From: Alphaproteobacteria bacterium
Lineage (GTDB): Bacteria; Pseudomonadota; Alphaproteobacteria; Rickettsiales; UBA8987
DNA length: 42,592 bases
Assembly: GCA_046302855.1 (NCBI GenBank)
Contig: JBKCHH010000062.1
Span: forward strand, 1 to 42,592
Reading direction: 5' to 3'
The notes beneath the pieces were generated by a model. That model had not been told where the DNA came from. It saw only the letters and a list, made by a program, of their open reading frames with translations, and did not search any database. Positions 37,359-42,592 of the stretch are shown piece by piece (within the stretch, counting starts at the first letter, position 1; the number at the start of each line of letters is the position of its first letter). The translations under genes and the position numbers were made by a program.

Positions 37359-38878
37359 TTTTTTACCTCTATGGAAAAGGCAGGGACATTGTTAATAAAG
37401 TTAATGTTTCCAATAACTTCGGGGAATAAAAAGAAAAATAAGCTAAAGGCAACGGAAGTAGCTAAAAATAGCTTGGTCCAAAAGCCAAAGAACTTATCAA
37501 AACTACCACTTGATTCATTTATTGGCTCATCGAAATACATAACCTTTACTATTCTCAAATAATAAAAGGCACTAATTCCGGCAAAGATAACTGCAATAAT
37601 TGCCAGCCAATAATAGCCAAAGTTAATAAGGATTTTTAAGATATAAAACTTGGCAAAAAAGCCAGCCATTGGTGGAATTCCAGCCATAGAAAAAAGTAAA
37701 ATTGATAGGGCAAAGGCAAACAGTGGATGCGATTTTCCAATACCGGCTAAATCACTAATGTTTTCTAGGGTTACATCATTTTTCCTCATATAGATAATGG
37801 CAATAAGTAGGCCAAGTGAGGTTATTATATAAACAAAAATGTAGTTTAGCACGGCTGTGTGAGCTTGTTCGGTAGTAAAGGCAAGCCCTAAAAGTATAAA
37901 GCCCACATGTTTTATTCCAGAATAGGCAACGAATCTTTTGATGTTTTTTTGCTTTATGGCACCAAAGGCACCAACCAGCATAGATAAAATCGCCACTAGA
38001 ATTATAATCTGTTGCCAAGAGGCAGACAAAAACACAAATGGGTAGAATAATATCTTAAACACCACCAATAGGGATACAAACTTTACCACTACGGCAAAAA
38101 AGGCTAGAATTATTTTGCCAGCCCCTTCATAGACATCTGGCACCCACATATGGAAAGGCACGGCTGAAATCTTAAAAAATAGCCCAATTAGCACCATCAC
38201 CACGCCAAAAATTACCCCTAAATTTTGGCTAACTGAAACTGATGCGGTAATGTTTTTTATCTCATTAAAATCAATGGTTCCTAAAAAGCCATAGATGTAA
38301 GATATGCCAAACAGCATTAGCCCGCTAGACATTGCCCCTAAAATAAAATATTTAAGCCCCGCTTCTGAAGATTTGTTATCCTCCGTTTTAAATGAGGTTA
38401 AAAGGTAGCTACTAAGTGCCGTTAGCTCCACTGCTAAGTAAAATGGTAGAAAATTATTGGCAGATAACATAAGCATCATTCCAAGTAGTGAAAAGCCTAT
38501 TAAAAGGGGCAGTTCAAACCTTGCCATTACAGAGGCATTTACCGTATTCATGGCAATTCTTTCCCCATAGATAACCAATATGCAAATGGTAAGAATAGTG
38601 GCGAAAAGTTTTATGAAGATGGTAAAGTTATCGTAAATAAATAGGTTGTTTAAAATGGTTACAGATTTTGTTTTTTCGGTAGAAAAGTTAAAATAGCCAC
38701 TCAATATAAAATAAATTACCACAAGCAGGGCTAGAATAGTAAGATCTGTAATGGTTTTGGCGTTGAATTTTGCTCTAATGCCATTTTTTTCTGCTAATTT
38801 TTCGCTAAATACCCCAAGCATTAGCAAAAATAACAGGGAGGCAGATAAAATAATTTCTGGGAGGATAAAATTTATCAT
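37355..38878 (-). CDS. nuoN: NADH-quinone oxidoreductase subunit N
   Basis: EAGLKYFILG, FKISAVPFHMWVPDVYEGA, SMAGIPP..GF..K, FYYLRI. Confidence 0.96.
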   Translation of the reverse strand: MINFILPEIILSASLLFLLMLGVFSEKLAEKNGIRAKFNAKTITDLTILALLVVIYFILSGYFNFSTEKTKSVTILNNLFIYDNFTIFIKLFATILTICILVIYGERIAMNTVNASVMARFELPLLIGFSLLGMMLMLSANNFLPFYLAVELTALSSYLLTSFKTEDNKSSEAGLKYFILGAMSSGLMLFGISYIYGFLGTIDFNEIKNITASVSVSQNLGVIFGVVMVLIGLFFKISAVPFHMWVPDVYEGAGKIILAFFAVVVKFVSLLVVFKILFYPFVFLSASWQQIIILVAILSMLVGAFGAIKQKNIKRFVAYSGIKHVGFILLGLAFTTEQAHTAVLNYIFVYIITSLGLLIAIIYMRKNDVTLENISDLAGIGKSHPLFAFALSILLFSMAGIPPMAGFFAKFYILKILINFGYYWLAIIAVIFAGISAFYYLRIVKVMYFDEPINESSGSFDKFFGFWTKLFLATSVAFSLFFFLFPEVIGNINFINNVPAFSIEVKK

Positions 38879-40365
38879 CTTTTTACTACTTGATTAATTA
38901 AGTTTTCAACTGCTGGGTGTAAAGTATCTAAAATTATATTAGCGTAAATGCCAAGTAAAACTGTTAGAAAAACTAAAGGAATAAAAACAATAAATTCGTT
39001 TCTGTTTAAATCCTCTGCTTTTCTTAGCTCTTTTTTTGTAAGCTCGCCAAACATTACCCTTTTGTATAGCCATAACATATAGCAGGCACCAAGCACAACG
39101 CCAGTAGAGGCAAGGATGGCAAATAGTTTACTTTTGGTAAATACGCCGATTAACACCAAAAATTCCCCCACAAAGCCAGAGGTGGTGGGAAGCCCAATTG
39201 AACCCAAGGTAAATATCATGAATATAAGGGCAAAATTTGGCATTCTTTCAGTTAGCCCGCCAAAGGCAGAAATTTCTTTGGTATGGAATCTATCATACAA
39301 AACGCCAACGCATAAGAATAGGGCAGATGAAATAAGCCCGTGGCTTATCATTTGGAATATTGCCCCCTCAATAGCGGTTTGTGTAAAACTAAATATGCCA
39401 AGGGTAACAAAACCCATGTGAGCAACGGACGAATAGGCTATCATCTTTTTCATATCTGTTTGTGCTAAAGCCACAAAGGAGGTGTAGATTATGGCAATAA
39501 CGCTAAGCCAGCCAACAAATGGAGCAAATTCATAAGAGGCAACGGGCAACATAGGTAGAGAAAATCTAAGGAAGCCATAGCCACCTAGCTTTAGCAAAAT
39601 ACCGGCTAGTATTACAGAACCTGCGGTTGGAGCCTGCACATGCGCATCTGGCAACCAAGTGTGGAAAGGAAACATTGGCACTTTAACGGCAAATGAGGCG
39701 AAAAAGGCAAGCCATAACCAAGCCTGCTCTTTACTAGATAACTGCGGAACCAGTTCAAATAGCTCTCTAATATCAGAGGTTTGAAAGCGGGTGTAGATAT
39801 AGATTATAGCCACTAAAAATAATAGTGAGCCAGCCAGAGTATATAAAAAGAACTTAATTGAGGCGTAAACCCTGTTATTCCCCCCCCAAATGCCAATTAT
39901 TAAATACATTGGAATTAAAGAGGCTTCAAAAAATACATAAAATACAAATATATCAAGCGATAAAAACACGCCAAGAACTAATGCCTCTAACACTAAAAAG
40001 GCAATGATAAATTCCTTTACCTGCTCCCCAATGCTATTAAAGCTAGCCAATATACAAATTGGAATAAGCAGGGCGGTAAGTAGCACAAAAAATATAGAAA
40101 TGCCGTCCACCCCTAAAGAAAAGCTAATATTTAGCCCTTCAAACCAATGATATTTTTCTACCAGCTGAAAGCTAGAACTATTGGCATTAAACAAATAGTA
40201 AACCAATAGTGATAGCAAAAAAGTAGCGATACTTATAGAAAGCCCTAAAATTCTAGCATTATCATCAGTAGTTTTTGCACTACCACCCCTGCCAAAAAAG
40301 AATAGAATCAACGCCCCAATTAGTGGGGTTAAAACTAGGCTTGAGAGGATGGGGAAATTTATCAT
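38875..40365 (-). CDS. nuoM: NADH-quinone oxidoreductase subunit M
   Basis: GVDGIS, FYVFFE..LIPMY, PFHTWLPDAHVQAPT, YSSVAHMG. Confidence 0.97.
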   Translation of the reverse strand: MINFPILSSLVLTPLIGALILFFFGRGGSAKTTDDNARILGLSISIATFLLSLLVYYLFNANSSSFQLVEKYHWFEGLNISFSLGVDGISIFFVLLTALLIPICILASFNSIGEQVKEFIIAFLVLEALVLGVFLSLDIFVFYVFFEASLIPMYLIIGIWGGNNRVYASIKFFLYTLAGSLLFLVAIIYIYTRFQTSDIRELFELVPQLSSKEQAWLWLAFFASFAVKVPMFPFHTWLPDAHVQAPTAGSVILAGILLKLGGYGFLRFSLPMLPVASYEFAPFVGWLSVIAIIYTSFVALAQTDMKKMIAYSSVAHMGFVTLGIFSFTQTAIEGAIFQMISHGLISSALFLCVGVLYDRFHTKEISAFGGLTERMPNFALIFMIFTLGSIGLPTTSGFVGEFLVLIGVFTKSKLFAILASTGVVLGACYMLWLYKRVMFGELTKKELRKAEDLNRNEFIVFIPLVFLTVLLGIYANIILDTLHPAVENLINQVVKR

Positions 40366-40372
40366 AAGTCTG

Positions 40373-42376
40373 TTATAAATTAATTTGTAGCCAGTTAATA
40401 ATTGGTAGCTTTAAGGCTATTGAAATAACCAAGGCTACACCAAAAATCATCCAAAAACCGTAGGAAAAAATAAAACCTGTCTGCAATCTAGATACCCTGC
40501 CAGCAACATTGGCAGAAAACCTAGCCACGCCATTTGGGCCAAACCTATCTATTACAGAAATATCTATTACCTTCCAAAAGAAATTGGCAAGCCTTTTAGC
40601 GTTTTTTACAAATAAGGCATCATAAAGTTCATCTATATACCATTTATTCAGCGAGAAATTATATAGGGGCTTTATTAAGCCAGCAATTTTTTCTGCCAAG
40701 CCAATTTTGATACTATACATTAGTAATGCCAATAAAAAGCCAAGTAGAGCTAAAACCAAAGGCAGAATTTTTACAAAAGATGGCACATGGTGAGCCTGTT
40801 CTATAATATTATTATGAGGTTCTGTCCCAACACTTAAAATAGTTATAGCCCCTTTCCAATAGTTAAGCGAAGATTCCGCAATGCCTGCCCCAAACATTAA
40901 GTATGCTCCAGCAAAAACTGCCCCAAATGCTAGAATATACAAGGGGTATAGCATTATTTTAGGCGATTCATGCAGATGCTCATAGCTTTCATGCCCCAGT
41001 TTATGTTCGCCAAAAAAGGTCATAAAAATTAACCGCCACGAATAAAAGGCGGTTAGGAATACGGTTATCATTAACAAAATATAAGATACAAAGGCAAGGT
41101 TGCCAAAGGTTCCGCTGCCTACTTCTCCACCGGCATAGACAGCTTCAATTATCAAATCTTTTGAAAAATAGCCTGAAAATAAGGGAAAGCCCGTAATGGC
41201 AAGGGTGCCAATTAGCATCATGAAGAAGGTTAGAGGAATTTTTTTCCTTAAACCACCCATAAGCCTTAAATCTTGCTCGTGATGCATGGCGTGGATAACG
41301 CTTCCAGCCCCTAAGAACAATAATGCCTTAAAAAAGCCGTGCGTTAAAAGGTGAAAAATGCCAGCACTATAAGCCCCAACTCCGCAGGCAGCAAACATAT
41401 AGCCTAGTTGTGAGCAGGTGGAATAGGCTATTACCTTTTTTATATCATTTTGCGTTAAGGCAATGGTGGCAGCAAAAAAGGCGGTGAAGGCTCCAAATAC
41501 TAATACTAGCTCTTTGGCAAACAATGAATATTCAAACAGGGGTGAACATCTAGCTACTAAGAAAACCCCAGCTGTTACCATGGTAGCGGCATGTATTAGT
41601 GCAGAAACAGGGGTTGGACCTTCCATTGCATCTGGTAGCCAAGTGTGGAGCAAAAACTGGGCAGATTTACCCATACAGCCCACAAATAAAAATACACAAA
41701 TTAGGGTAATGGCATGTATTTCATAGCCTAAGAATTCTATAATGTTGTCTTTATTATTTTGTGCCTCTACAAAAATTGCATCAAACCGCACCGAATCAAA
41801 CACTACAAAACACAAGAAAATTCCAATCGCCAAGCCAAAATCACCCACCCTATTTACTATAAATGCCTTCATCGCCGCATTATTGGCGGAATCTTTTTTA
41901 TACCAAAAACCAATTAATAGGTAGGATGCCAAACCCACCCCCTCCCAACCAACAAATAACTGCACAAAATTATCTGCCGTTACTAAAATTAACATGAAAA
42001 AAGTAAATAGCGAAAGATAGCTCATAAAGCGGGGGAAGTTTTCATCATCCTTCATGTATCCAATAGAATAGATGTGAACTAAGGCAGAAACCACTGTTAC
42101 CAACACCATCATACTGCTAGATAGAACATCAATCTTCAAAGCCCAATCAACATAAAGTTGACCAGACGAAAACCATTTGCTTATGTGGATAATTTTATCG
42201 TGATTTTCATCGCTTAAAACCACTTGGTAAAAGGTAATTAGAGCGAAAAAGGCACTAATTAAAACGGCACCAGAGGTAAAAACCCCAGCCCTTTTATCTG
42301 AAATTGTTTTGGCATTCAAACCCACAAATATAGCGGCGATAAGGGGCAAAAACACTATTATAGAGGCAATAGACAT
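40373..42376 (-). CDS. nuoL: NADH-quinone oxidoreductase subunit L
   Basis: GWEGVGL.SYLLIGFW, NRVGD, GKSAQ..LHTWLPDAMEGPTPVSALIHAATMV. Confidence 0.97.
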   Translation of the reverse strand: MSIASIIVFLPLIAAIFVGLNAKTISDKRAGVFTSGAVLISAFFALITFYQVVLSDENHDKIIHISKWFSSGQLYVDWALKIDVLSSSMMVLVTVVSALVHIYSIGYMKDDENFPRFMSYLSLFTFFMLILVTADNFVQLFVGWEGVGLASYLLIGFWYKKDSANNAAMKAFIVNRVGDFGLAIGIFLCFVVFDSVRFDAIFVEAQNNKDNIIEFLGYEIHAITLICVFLFVGCMGKSAQFLLHTWLPDAMEGPTPVSALIHAATMVTAGVFLVARCSPLFEYSLFAKELVLVFGAFTAFFAATIALTQNDIKKVIAYSTCSQLGYMFAACGVGAYSAGIFHLLTHGFFKALLFLGAGSVIHAMHHEQDLRLMGGLRKKIPLTFFMMLIGTLAITGFPLFSGYFSKDLIIEAVYAGGEVGSGTFGNLAFVSYILLMITVFLTAFYSWRLIFMTFFGEHKLGHESYEHLHESPKIMLYPLYILAFGAVFAGAYLMFGAGIAESSLNYWKGAITILSVGTEPHNNIIEQAHHVPSFVKILPLVLALLGFLLALLMYSIKIGLAEKIAGLIKPLYNFSLNKWYIDELYDALFVKNAKRLANFFWKVIDISVIDRFGPNGVARFSANVAGRVSRLQTGFIFSYGFWMIFGVALVISIALKLPIINWLQINL

Positions 42377-42474
42377 AAATTAATATTTGTGAGGCTTTAG
42401 AAAAAATAAATCCAAAACAAGCCTTTGTCTATAAAAGAATTATAATAATTAAAAGAAGATTTTTATTTTTTTAC

Positions 42475-42515
42475 TGGATCGCCACACTCGAGCAAAGCTC
42501 TCGCTCGCAATGACG
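42475..42515. repeat. Single arm of the palindromic repeat family
   Basis: TGGATCGCCACACTCGAGCAAAGCTCTCGCTCGCAATGACG; last 26 nt identical to the end of the 10574-10615 arm. Confidence 0.85.
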
Positions 42516-42516
42516 A

Positions 42517-42591
42517 TTACCAGCCATTTTCGCTGGTTTTTTTCCGCAAGAAGTCTCTTTTTTCGCGAATCATATCAATGGGGATTAAGGC
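42517..42591 (-). CDS. Possible 3' end of a gene entering from the right edge
   Basis: Open frame ...ALIPIDMIREKRDFLRKKTSENGW-stop ending 1 bp before the repeat arm; too short to identify and unlike a NuoK C-terminus. Confidence 0.35.
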   Translation of the reverse strand, partial: ALIPIDMIREKRDFLRKKTSENGW

Positions 42592-42592
42592 C

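Overview
AT-rich (roughly 35% GC by eye) bacterial chromosome segment, best matching a Rickettsiales-like alphaproteobacterium (inference from rvh-type virB3-virB4, a TrcR/DUF1013 gene, cytochrome c1 and nuoLMN). It also retains flagellar genes (fliL, fliJ), a prepilin, hisE, pgk and peptidoglycan genes. Most of the window is housekeeping genes (murE, pth, fusA, petC, metK, dnaA, trxB, mtaB, clpX, pgk, htpG, mraY, murD, era, nuoLMN) in a scrambled order with canonical operons broken up. Accessory features: (1) a PabI-family restriction-modification pair directly behind metK; my manual scan found its family's site GTAC only once in ~41.5 kb of host DNA but six times in a 1.07-kb IS481 element; (2) a GC-rich 66-codon gene with its own RBS and terminator, whose promoter has a (CT)8 tract in a 19-bp spacer between TTGACA and TAAACT, a candidate phase-variation switch, with the lone host GTAC at its predicted start site; (3) a family of CGTC/GACG-ended palindromic repeats, one nested in outer inverted repeats and one apparently hit by the IS481; (4) envelope proteins that appear to have lost catalytic residues (intradiol dioxygenase-like, PagL-like). 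All family calls come from motif recognition; no searches were run.
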